A stretch of DNA of 64,000 nucleotides from Minisyncoccota bacterium. GTDB taxonomy: Bacteria; Patescibacteriota; Minisyncoccia; Phycocordibacterales; XYD1-FULL-46-19. The stretch is taken from positions 11,064 to 75,063 of the forward strand of contig JBBDJY010000016.1 in NCBI GenBank assembly GCA_040879645.1, read 5' to 3'. Positions 40,977 through 49,107 of the stretch are shown in pieces (position 1 is the stretch's first letter; each line of letters begins with the position of its first letter). The notes beneath the pieces are model-generated. The model had not been told where the DNA came from. It made no database searches and saw nothing but the letters and a program-made list of their open reading frames with translations. A program made the position numbers and the translations under genes.

Positions 40977-41888
40977 ATGGCAAATAGGCACTTATCACGA
41001 AGCCTCGCGATGCAAATCCTCTTTGAATGGGATTTCCGGGATATGCCGGATGTTTTGCCGACCGACCATATTTCGGAAGTCAGCAAAGAATTCGCTCCCG
41101 GTTTGGATGATTTGTCTTTCGTCCAGAACTTAGTGGCCGGAGTTAAACAAAAACGGGATAAATTGGATTTGATTATCGGTAAGGCGGCTCCCGACTGGCC
41201 GATTGAACAGATTGCCATTGTTGACCGCAATATTTTGCGGCTCGGTCTCTACGAGCTTTTATTTGGCGATAAGCGTCAAGTGCCGGCTCGAGTGGCTATC
41301 AATGAGTCGATTGAACTGGCCAAAACTTTCGGCGGTGAAAATTCCGGCCGGTTTGTTAACGGTGTTTTGGGGGCGGTCTACAAGGAATTGGGCGAACCGG
41401 ATAAACGGGACATCCCGCGCAAAAAAAAGATTAAAGATATTCCCTATGAAGAAATGCCGATTGAAAAACTCGGCGGGGCGATTGTTTACCGTTTGGATAA
41501 GCCGGAAATCGAACTGGCGTTAGTCCATGATATTTTCGGCTATTGGACATTATCCAAAGGTCACATTGAAGCTGGCGAAAGTGTCGAGGACGGCATCAAA
41601 CGGGAAATTAAAGAAGAATTGTCGCTGGATATCGCCCTTAAGGATAAACTTGGCCAGAATGAATATATCGCCGCTGATCCGGAAAAAGGCAAAATCAGAA
41701 AGCAAGTTGAATATTTTCTGGCCGAAGCCGGACAGCCGAATAAATTGGCTTTGGGTGACAAGGCCGGTTTGACCGAAGCGGCCTGGTATCCGGTTTCGGC
41801 GGTGCCCGACTTGGATATGTATGACGATATTGTGCCGATTATTACCACAGCGCTTAAATTATTAGCTGAACGCCGGCGTCAGAACTGA
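40977..41888 (+). CDS. nusB: NusB fused to a C-terminal NUDIX-like domain
   Basis: DRNILRLG.YEL, VAINESIELAK.F, FVNGVLG; then KGHIEAGESVEDGIKREIKEEL Nudix box. Confidence 0.92.
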   Translation: MANRHLSRSLAMQILFEWDFRDMPDVLPTDHISEVSKEFAPGLDDLSFVQNLVAGVKQKRDKLDLIIGKAAPDWPIEQIAIVDRNILRLGLYELLFGDKRQVPARVAINESIELAKTFGGENSGRFVNGVLGAVYKELGEPDKRDIPRKKKIKDIPYEEMPIEKLGGAIVYRLDKPEIELALVHDIFGYWTLSKGHIEAGESVEDGIKREIKEELSLDIALKDKLGQNEYIAADPEKGKIRKQVEYFLAEAGQPNKLALGDKAGLTEAAWYPVSAVPDLDMYDDIVPIITTALKLLAERRRQN

Positions 41889-41890
41889 AT

Positions 41891-42592
41891 ATGATAAAAA
41901 ATATTGAAACTTTTATTACCGACATCATCGGCTTAACGCCCAAACAACCGGCTCTTTACGAGCAGGCTTTTACCCATCGCTCTTATTTGAACGAACACCG
42001 TCAGTCGGCGCTTGAGCACAATGAACGCTTGGAATTTTTAGGTGATGCCGTTCTTGAATTGGTGGTGACCGATTATTTATATCGCGAATATCCGGAAAAA
42101 AATGAAGGCGAGATGACGGCTTATCGGGCGGCCTTGGTTAATACCGGCACTTTATCCGAAACCGCCAAGACTCTCGGTCTGAACGACTATTTGCGCTTAT
42201 CCAAGGGCGAAGCCAAGGATACCGGCCGGGCCCGGAGTATTATCTTGGCCGATACCTTTGAAGCTTTAATTGGCGCGATTTATCTGGATCAGGGTTATCT
42301 CATTGCCGCTGATTTTATCGCTCAAGCGCTTTTCCCGAAAACGGCGGAAATTATCGCCAAGAATTTGTGGCAAGACGCCAAAAGTTATTTTCAGGAACAA
42401 GCTCAAGAGGTAACCGGCCAAACGCCGACCTATCGGATTACCGACGAGCAGGGTCCGGATCATAATAAGCGTTTTACCGTTGGCCTCTATATCGGCGAAG
42501 AATTGATCGCCACCGGTCAAGGTCATTCCAAGCAGGAAGCCGAACAACAAGCCGCCGCCGCCGGTTTGATTAAAAAGGCTTGGGATAAATAA
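41891..42592 (+). CDS. rnc: Ribonuclease III
   Basis: AFTHRSY, NERLEFLGDAVL, ADTFEALIGAIYLD, C-terminal dsRBD. Confidence 0.97.
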   Translation: MIKNIETFITDIIGLTPKQPALYEQAFTHRSYLNEHRQSALEHNERLEFLGDAVLELVVTDYLYREYPEKNEGEMTAYRAALVNTGTLSETAKTLGLNDYLRLSKGEAKDTGRARSIILADTFEALIGAIYLDQGYLIAADFIAQALFPKTAEIIAKNLWQDAKSYFQEQAQEVTGQTPTYRITDEQGPDHNKRFTVGLYIGEELIATGQGHSKQEAEQQAAAAGLIKKAWDK

Positions 42593-42631
42593 AAATTTAC
42601 TCGTCAGCGCCGGATACGATATAATTTGATT

Positions 42632-44851
42632 ATGAAACTTCTTTATTTGGAATTGGCCGGCTTTAAATCATTTGCCAAAAAAACCAGATTTTCTTTTGAA
42701 TCGCAAGTGACGGCGGTCGTTGGGCCGAATGGTTCCGGTAAGTCCAATGTCGCCGAAGCTTTTCGCTGGGTTTTGGGCGAACAATCGCTTAAGTCACTTA
42801 GAGGTAAGCGAGGCGAAGACCTCATTTTTAACGGTGGAGCAACATCAGGTCGGATGAATCGGGCCGAAGTGTCCATTTGTTTTGATAATGCCGGTCGGGA
42901 ATTTGATTTGGATTACGATCAAGTCGTGATTACCCGCCGAGTCTATCGCGACGGCACCGGTGAATATGAATTAAATGGCAGTACGGTTCGCCTTAAGGAT
43001 ATTATTGAACTCTTGTCTCAGGTGTCGCTCGGCTCAACCGGCCATCATATCATCAGCCAAGGCGAAGCTGATCGGATTTTAAATGCTGATTTGCGGGGCC
43101 GGCGAGAAGAGATTGAAGAGGCTTTGGGTCTAAAAATCTACCACTGGAAAATTACCGAGAGCAACCGGAAATTGGAGCGGACAGTGGAAAATAAGAAACA
43201 AGTGGAATCACTGCGACGGGAAATCGCGCCACATTTGAAATTTTTGAAAAAACAAGTGGAACGAATTGCCAAAGCCGACGCCATGCGCCGGGAGCTTAAA
43301 CAACTCTATCTCCATTATTTTCATTTGGAAGAAAAGCGCTTAAAGCAAGTTCGGAGTGAATTGGAAGAGAGTCGTCTTGGACCGGCCGCCGAATTGACCG
43401 ATTTAACCGGTCGCTTGGAAAGTTTGTCCGCCGGGCGAGAGTCCAATGAACAGTTAGCCGAATTGTCGCGACAAGCGGTCGAATGGGAAAAAGAAAAACA
43501 AACACAGCAAACAATCGCTAATGATCTTCTTCACCAAATCGGCCGGTTGGAAGGAATTATTGAAGTCCGGGCCGGTTTGATTGAAACCAAAACAACTCCG
43601 GAAACGGCGGTTGATTTGGCGGAAGTCCGAGATTTAAATCGTGAATTAACCACTGAGCTGTCGACGATTGAGACGGAAAATAATCCGGATAATTTGAAAC
43701 AAATTATTCGTCGTTTGGCCGAGCGTTTAAGTGAATTGATCAGCCGCCACAGCCGGAACAATGAAGGCGATTCGCCGGCTGACAATGAATTGGCGGTGGC
43801 CCGTGAAAATCGTGAGCGCTTAGCCGACCAACTACAAACCGTCCAAGAAGCCGAACGGCAAGCGACTGACGCTTTGTTAAAAATTAAACAGGACATTAAC
43901 CGCGAAAAAGAAAAAACCATCGGGGCCGAACGAGAATTGTATGAATTGAAAACTCGCCACAATGAATTGACCGGTACTTTGAATTTAATCACCGCCAAAT
44001 TGGAACAACTCAAACATGAAGAAGAAGATTTTCAGCGTGAGTTGGCCGAAGCGGCTGTCTTGATTGACCGGGAAGTGCTTGATTACGCTCGTCTGGTGCC
44101 GGCCGAGGAGACTAAGGCCGATGTGACAACGCTTACTGAAGAGCGTCGGCAAATTGAGCGCTTAAAGATTCGGCTTGAGGATATGGGTGGTGAAGGCGGT
44201 GATGTTTTGAAAGAATATGAAGAAACCGCCAAGCGTGACGAGGTCTTGGCGTCTGAATTGATTGATTTGGAACAAGCGGCCGTCGGTCTGAAACAAGTGA
44301 CGGCGGAATTGGAAGAGCGGTTATCGGCAGAATTTACCAGCGGTCTTGCTCGGATCAATGTTGAATTTGAAAAATTCTTTTCTTTAATGTTTAACGGCGG
44401 ACAGGCTCGTTTGCAAATAGTGACGGCGTCGCGCCGACGCCGACGCAATCAGTTGCTTGATGGTTTAGCTGATGAAATACCCGAGGCCGAGGAAGAAGAA
44501 GGCATTGATATTTCGGTTAACTTGCCTCGGAAAAAAATCAAGGGTTTAACTATGCTTTCCGGCGGAGAGCGGGCTTTAACTTCTATCGCTCTTCTTTTTG
44601 CGATGTCACAAGTTAATCCGCCACCGTTTTTGATTTTAGATGAGACTGATGCGGCGTTAGACGAGGCTAATTCGCGTAAATATGGCGAGATGATTACCAA
44701 TTTGTCCGAACAATCGCAATTGATTTTAATTACTCACAATCGCGAAACGATGTCACGAGCCGGCATTTTATACGGGGTGACGATGGGGGCCGACAGTGCC
44801 TCGCGCTTGTTGTCGATTAAGTTTGATGAGGCGGAGAATTATGCCAAGTAG
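42632..44851 (+). CDS. smc: Short SMC-family ATPase (739 aa)
   Basis: GFKSF, GPNGSGKSN, SQG Q-loop, LSGGE, LDETDAALD, ITH. Confidence 0.88.
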   Translation: MKLLYLELAGFKSFAKKTRFSFESQVTAVVGPNGSGKSNVAEAFRWVLGEQSLKSLRGKRGEDLIFNGGATSGRMNRAEVSICFDNAGREFDLDYDQVVITRRVYRDGTGEYELNGSTVRLKDIIELLSQVSLGSTGHHIISQGEADRILNADLRGRREEIEEALGLKIYHWKITESNRKLERTVENKKQVESLRREIAPHLKFLKKQVERIAKADAMRRELKQLYLHYFHLEEKRLKQVRSELEESRLGPAAELTDLTGRLESLSAGRESNEQLAELSRQAVEWEKEKQTQQTIANDLLHQIGRLEGIIEVRAGLIETKTTPETAVDLAEVRDLNRELTTELSTIETENNPDNLKQIIRRLAERLSELISRHSRNNEGDSPADNELAVARENRERLADQLQTVQEAERQATDALLKIKQDINREKEKTIGAERELYELKTRHNELTGTLNLITAKLEQLKHEEEDFQRELAEAAVLIDREVLDYARLVPAEETKADVTTLTEERRQIERLKIRLEDMGGEGGDVLKEYEETAKRDEVLASELIDLEQAAVGLKQVTAELEERLSAEFTSGLARINVEFEKFFSLMFNGGQARLQIVTASRRRRRNQLLDGLADEIPEAEEEEGIDISVNLPRKKIKGLTMLSGGERALTSIALLFAMSQVNPPPFLILDETDAALDEANSRKYGEMITNLSEQSQLILITHNRETMSRAGILYGVTMGADSASRLLSIKFDEAENYAK

Positions 44852-44855
44852 AGTC

Positions 44856-44923
44856 GGCCTAAACATGCCATTTATCAAACCCAGACCTAAACTCGGGCCG
44901 TTTGATAAATGGCATGTTAGGCC
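44856..44923. terminator. Long inverted repeat between convergent smc and rnr
   Basis: ggcctaaacatgccatttatcaaac ... gtttgataaatggcatgttaggcc. Confidence 0.6.
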
Positions 44924-44941
44924 TTAAGCGACAAGAAGGAG

Positions 44942-45102
44942 ACCCAGACCCAAGCCCAACCATCCGCTAATTAGTATTACTTGGCTTGAATAGTAAAGTA
45001 AAAAGAACCCAACCGTTCGTCAAACACTACACTTTGGCTTAAGGCGTGAAAGGAAAACCCAGACCCAAGCCCAACCATCCGCTAATTAGTATTACTTGGC
45101 TT
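44942..45102. repeat. 46-bp direct repeat, two copies, overlapping the rnr stop
   Basis: acccagacccaagcccaaccatccgctaattagtattacttggctt at 44942..44987 and 45057..45102. Confidence 0.92.
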
Positions 45103-47038
45103 TTTGTTTCTTTTTTCCGGTTGTTTTGTTGATGATTTTGTAGTCCAATTGCCGGCGGACCGGATCGGCTTCCGTTAATTTGAAAGTAACCTTATCACCC
45201 AAGCGGAAAGTTTGACCGGTCCGTTTGCCGACAATTTGATAATTTTTTTCGTCCAGTTCAAAATAGTCATCGCCGAGATTGCTCATTCGGGCCATACCGT
45301 CGGCTTTGGTTTCTGTTTCTTCAATAAATAAACCCCACTTGGTGACGCCGGAGATTATGCCGGTAAAGGTTTGACCGATTTTGCCGGCCATAAATTCTAC
45401 TTGCTTCAATTTGACCGATTCGCGTTCGGCTTCGGCGGCTTTAATTTCGCGGTCGGTCGATTGGATGATATCGCGGGCAACTTTGGCCATCTCGGCTTGT
45501 TTTGGCGTTTGGCCTTTCAGATAAGTATCAAGCAGACGGTGGACCAGGAGGTCGGGATAACGGCGAATCGGCGAAGTAAAGTGAGTGTAATAATCAAAAC
45601 CCAGGCCCCAGTGGCCGATATTGGTGGTGGAATAGATAGCTTTGGCCATGGCGCGAATGGCGGCGCGATGAATAATCGGGCCTTGGCTGGTTTCTTCCAC
45701 TTGGGCCAGAAGGCGATTAAGTTCTTTTTGGGAAATGTGTTCGTCGGTGATTTTAAGGTCAAAACCAAATGGTCGGAGAAAAGTTTTTAATTCGGCCAAT
45801 TTTTCCATATCCGGCAAATCGTGGATGCGGTAGATAAAAGTGTGGGGTGTTTGTTTGGTTTTTTGACTGACAAAGCGGGCGACTTGGCGATTGGCTAAGA
45901 GCATAAAATCTTCAATCAGTTTATGGGCATCGGTTCGCTCTCTAAGAGTGACGCCAATCGGTCGGCCGGTCTCGTCCAAGTCAAATTTAACCTCGGCATC
46001 TTCGAAAGTGATAGCTCCGGCTTCAATCTTTTTTTCGCGCAGACGATAGGCGAGTTTGTTTAAGGTGTTTAAGGCTTCGCTGTATTCACTTTGGTCGCCG
46101 TCCAATATCGCTTGAACATCTTCATAGGCAAAACGCTGGCTGGAGCGGATAATTGATCGGCCGAACCACTCTTGTTTAATTTCACCATCGGCGGTCATTT
46201 CAAAAACAGCCGAAAAAGCCAAACGGTCTTCGTCCGGCCGGAGACTGCAAATATCATTGGATAAAATTTCCGGTAGCATCGGTACTGTCCGGTCAACCAG
46301 ATAGACCGAAGTGCCGCGTAAGGCCGCTTCTTTGTCCAATTCACTGCCTGGCCGGACATAGTAAGAAACATCAGCAATATGAACACCGACTTCAAAGCGG
46401 TCGTCGCTTAATTTTTTGAAAGACAGGGCGTCGTCAAAATCTTTAGCGTCGTCTGGGTCAATGGTCATTGTCGGCAGGCCGCGAAAGTCTCGCCGACTTT
46501 TTGCTTCATTGGTCAAGGATTCGGCAAAACGGTCTTTGGCGGCTTCCGCTTCCGCCAGAACCGCCGGCAAAAAATCAGTTTCAAATCCGCGGTCCAAAAG
46601 GATTGATTGCATCTCGGTTTCATTGCCGCCACGTTTGCCGAGGTGCTTGATAATTTGGCCATTGGGTTTGCCGTCAGCCGGCCAGTCCTTAATTTCGACC
46701 ATCACTTTGTCGCCGCTCGTCAGGTCGGTGGCCTCGGCTGAAGGGATGGTGATGGTGGTGTACATTTTGCGGTCATCGGGATTAACAATGGTTGTTTGAC
46801 CGGTTTTTTCGATAATACCGGCAAAACGAGTTTTTGCTCGTTTAATGATCTTGGTAATTTTTCCCCGTTCACCGTCGGGTAAAGCCTTAACCAAGACCGT
46901 ATCACCGTGCAGGGCGGTATTTAAATCTTCGGGAAAGATATTCAAGGCTTGGCCGTTTTCGCAATTAACGGTGCCGTATTTGCCGTTAATCCGGACCAAA
47001 CCGGTGAGCTCGTTATCTTGATGTTGGGTTTTTTCCAT
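45092..47038 (-). CDS. rnr: Ribonuclease R (RNB family)
   Basis: TIDPDDAKDFDDA, HIADVS, LIEDFMLLAN, YTHFTSPIRRYPDL, C-terminal S1. Confidence 0.95.
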   Translation of the reverse strand: MEKTQHQDNELTGLVRINGKYGTVNCENGQALNIFPEDLNTALHGDTVLVKALPDGERGKITKIIKRAKTRFAGIIEKTGQTTIVNPDDRKMYTTITIPSAEATDLTSGDKVMVEIKDWPADGKPNGQIIKHLGKRGGNETEMQSILLDRGFETDFLPAVLAEAEAAKDRFAESLTNEAKSRRDFRGLPTMTIDPDDAKDFDDALSFKKLSDDRFEVGVHIADVSYYVRPGSELDKEAALRGTSVYLVDRTVPMLPEILSNDICSLRPDEDRLAFSAVFEMTADGEIKQEWFGRSIIRSSQRFAYEDVQAILDGDQSEYSEALNTLNKLAYRLREKKIEAGAITFEDAEVKFDLDETGRPIGVTLRERTDAHKLIEDFMLLANRQVARFVSQKTKQTPHTFIYRIHDLPDMEKLAELKTFLRPFGFDLKITDEHISQKELNRLLAQVEETSQGPIIHRAAIRAMAKAIYSTTNIGHWGLGFDYYTHFTSPIRRYPDLLVHRLLDTYLKGQTPKQAEMAKVARDIIQSTDREIKAAEAERESVKLKQVEFMAGKIGQTFTGIISGVTKWGLFIEETETKADGMARMSNLGDDYFELDEKNYQIVGKRTGQTFRLGDKVTFKLTEADPVRRQLDYKIINKTTGKKKQKAK

Positions 47039-47150
47039 GTTGGCCAGTATAGCATTACTTTGCTTTCTGCCAAATTAAACAGGCCTTTATCTAGCCTTGG
47101 TTCGGCTTCGGCGGTTGACGCTTGCCTTTTCGTTTGTTAGTATTCTTCGT

Positions 47151-47678
47151 ATGTTAAAAGTTAGATTACAGCGAGTCGGCCGGAAGAATGATCCTTCATT
47201 CCGGGTGGTGGTAACAGATTCTAAGAACGGCCCGAAAAGTGGTCGATTTATCGAAGTCCTTGGCGCTTACGATGCTCGTCGGAGCGAACCGCAATTGAAG
47301 TCTGACCGGATTAAATATTGGTTGTCGGTCGGTGCCCAGACTTCGGGTACGGTCCATAATCTTTTAATCAGTCAAGGGGTGATTAAGGGTGACAAAGTTA
47401 ATGTCTTGCCCAAGCGCCGACCGATTAAGAAAGCCGAGGATGAGGCCTCGGCAAACACGGCGGTTTCTACCGAAACTTCTGCCGATTCGGCGCCGGCCAA
47501 AGTGATAGCTGAAGATTCGGTCGCCAAAGAGCCGGCGGTGGCTCTCGCCGAAGAAGAGTCGGCGGAAAAAGAGGTTGTTCCTACTCCGGCCGAAAAGGCG
47601 GAAAAAACCGAAGATAAAAAAGAAGAGACTAAGCTGGAAGCTGATAAATTGATTGACAAAAAAGATGCCGGCCAATAG
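47151..47678 (+). CDS. rpsP: 30S ribosomal protein S16 with low-complexity C-terminal tail
   Basis: MLKVRLQRVGRKNDPSFRVVV, IEVLG.YD, YWLSVGAQ.S.TV. Confidence 0.95.
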   Translation: MLKVRLQRVGRKNDPSFRVVVTDSKNGPKSGRFIEVLGAYDARRSEPQLKSDRIKYWLSVGAQTSGTVHNLLISQGVIKGDKVNVLPKRRPIKKAEDEASANTAVSTETSADSAPAKVIAEDSVAKEPAVALAEEESAEKEVVPTPAEKAEKTEDKKEETKLEADKLIDKKDAGQ

Positions 47679-47749
47679 AATTTAAGGACAGTATATAGTG
47701 GTCGACACAATACTGTCTGATTGATTACAAAATTATCTTTTAAGTTAAA

Positions 47750-48088
47750 ATGGCAGAGAAACACCAAGACCAGGAATTTTTAGAGACAATTGTCAAAATG
47801 TTGGTTGATCATCCCCAAGACGTTGTTGTTGACCGCAAGGTTGATGAAATGGGCGTCTTGATGACTTTGGATGTCAATCCGGAAGATATGGGCAAGATTA
47901 TCGGCCGCCAAGGTAATACCGCCAAGGCGATCCGAACTTTATTACGAGTTGTCGGAATGAAGAATAATGCTCGAGTCAATTTGAAGATTAACGAACCGCC
48001 GGGAGGCTCACCGGTCAAGCGCGAAGAAAAAGAGACGATTTCAACTTCTCAATCGGTTGATCAGGCGATGAACGATTTGAAACTTTAA
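47750..48088 (+). CDS. khpA: KH-domain RNA-binding protein (KhpA/YlqC family)
   Basis: LVDHP..V.V, EDMGKIIGRQGNTAKAIRTLL; located between rpsP and trmD. Confidence 0.9.
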   Translation: MAEKHQDQEFLETIVKMLVDHPQDVVVDRKVDEMGVLMTLDVNPEDMGKIIGRQGNTAKAIRTLLRVVGMKNNARVNLKINEPPGGSPVKREEKETISTSQSVDQAMNDLKL

Positions 48089-48096
48089 ACCAAAAA

Positions 48097-48132
48097 TAAA
48101 CAAAAAAGCCCCAGCCGGGGCTTTTTTGTTTA
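48097..48132 (+). terminator. Bidirectional-type intrinsic terminator
   Basis: taaacaaaaaagcccc-agcc-ggggcttttttgttta. Confidence 0.8.
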
Positions 48133-48188
48133 TCGGCCGTGTTTTTAATTAAAATTGGCAGGTCTATCTGTCCTACCTATCGGTGGGC

Positions 48189-48215
48189 CCATCCGACCGG
48201 GTCATCCGGGCGGAT
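48189..48215 (+). repeat. Intergenic copy of the family D element
   Basis: cccatccgaccgggtcatccgggcgga (2 differences from the gatB copy). Confidence 0.85.
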
Positions 48216-48264
48216 AGGGATTGGCGAATATTTGTTTTATTGCTATCTTAAAATTATTAAAGAT

Positions 48265-48909
48265 ATGACCACTTTTCACCTCATCAGTATTTTCCCCAAG
48301 AGCTTCACTTCCTACATTGAATGCTCGATCATCGCTCGGGCGATTAAGGCAAAAAAGATTGCCGTCAAATTTTATGATCCGCGAGATTATACCGCCGACA
48401 AGCATCGTTCGGTTGACGACCGACCTTATGGCGGGGGGCCGGGAATGGTGATGTCGGCCGAGCCGATTATTTTGGCGGCTCGGGCGGCTCGTTGGCGCCG
48501 ACCAAAAGCCAAAGTTTATTTACTGGCAACGACCGGCAAACAATTTACCAATCAATTAGCCGGTCGCTTGGCTAAGAAAAATGAAGATATCATCATTATT
48601 TGCGGCCGGTATGAAGGCATTGATGCTCGAGTGAAGAAAATTTTGCGGGCCGAATATTTAACTATCGGTCCCTATGTGTTGACCGGCGGCGAATTGCCGG
48701 CTTTGGTGGTGATTGATGCTATCGCTCGACAAATTCCCGGTGTCTTGGGTAAAACCGAATCGCTTGAAGAGAGTCGGCCGGCCGGGCGAGAAGTTTATAC
48801 TCGACCGGAAGTGATGGTGATTGACGGTAAAAATTATCGCGTACCGAAAGTGTTATTATCCGGCGATCACAAAAAAATCACCGACTGGCGACAAAAGCGC
48901 CATCGGTAA
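48265..48909 (+). CDS. trmD: tRNA (guanine-N1)-methyltransferase
   Basis: VDDRPYGGGPGMVM, CGRYEGIDAR, IGPYVLTGGELPA, YTRPE, VP.VLLSGDH. Confidence 0.97.
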   Translation: MTTFHLISIFPKSFTSYIECSIIARAIKAKKIAVKFYDPRDYTADKHRSVDDRPYGGGPGMVMSAEPIILAARAARWRRPKAKVYLLATTGKQFTNQLAGRLAKKNEDIIIICGRYEGIDARVKKILRAEYLTIGPYVLTGGELPALVVIDAIARQIPGVLGKTESLEESRPAGREVYTRPEVMVIDGKNYRVPKVLLSGDHKKITDWRQKRHR

Positions 48910-49107
48910 AACCACAGGCTTTTTGTTTGTTCGATTAAGGCCGGAATTTTGTCAAGGTGTCACCGCTGATAGCCAACGCGCCGATGCGTTTTGGCGCGCG
49001 GACGGAAGTCTTCGGCCTAATTCATGCCAGCAGGGATATTCACCGGCGCGATTTTCTAGATAATTATCTCTTGGCGCGAAATTTAAGTAATGGTATTATA
49101 AATAATA

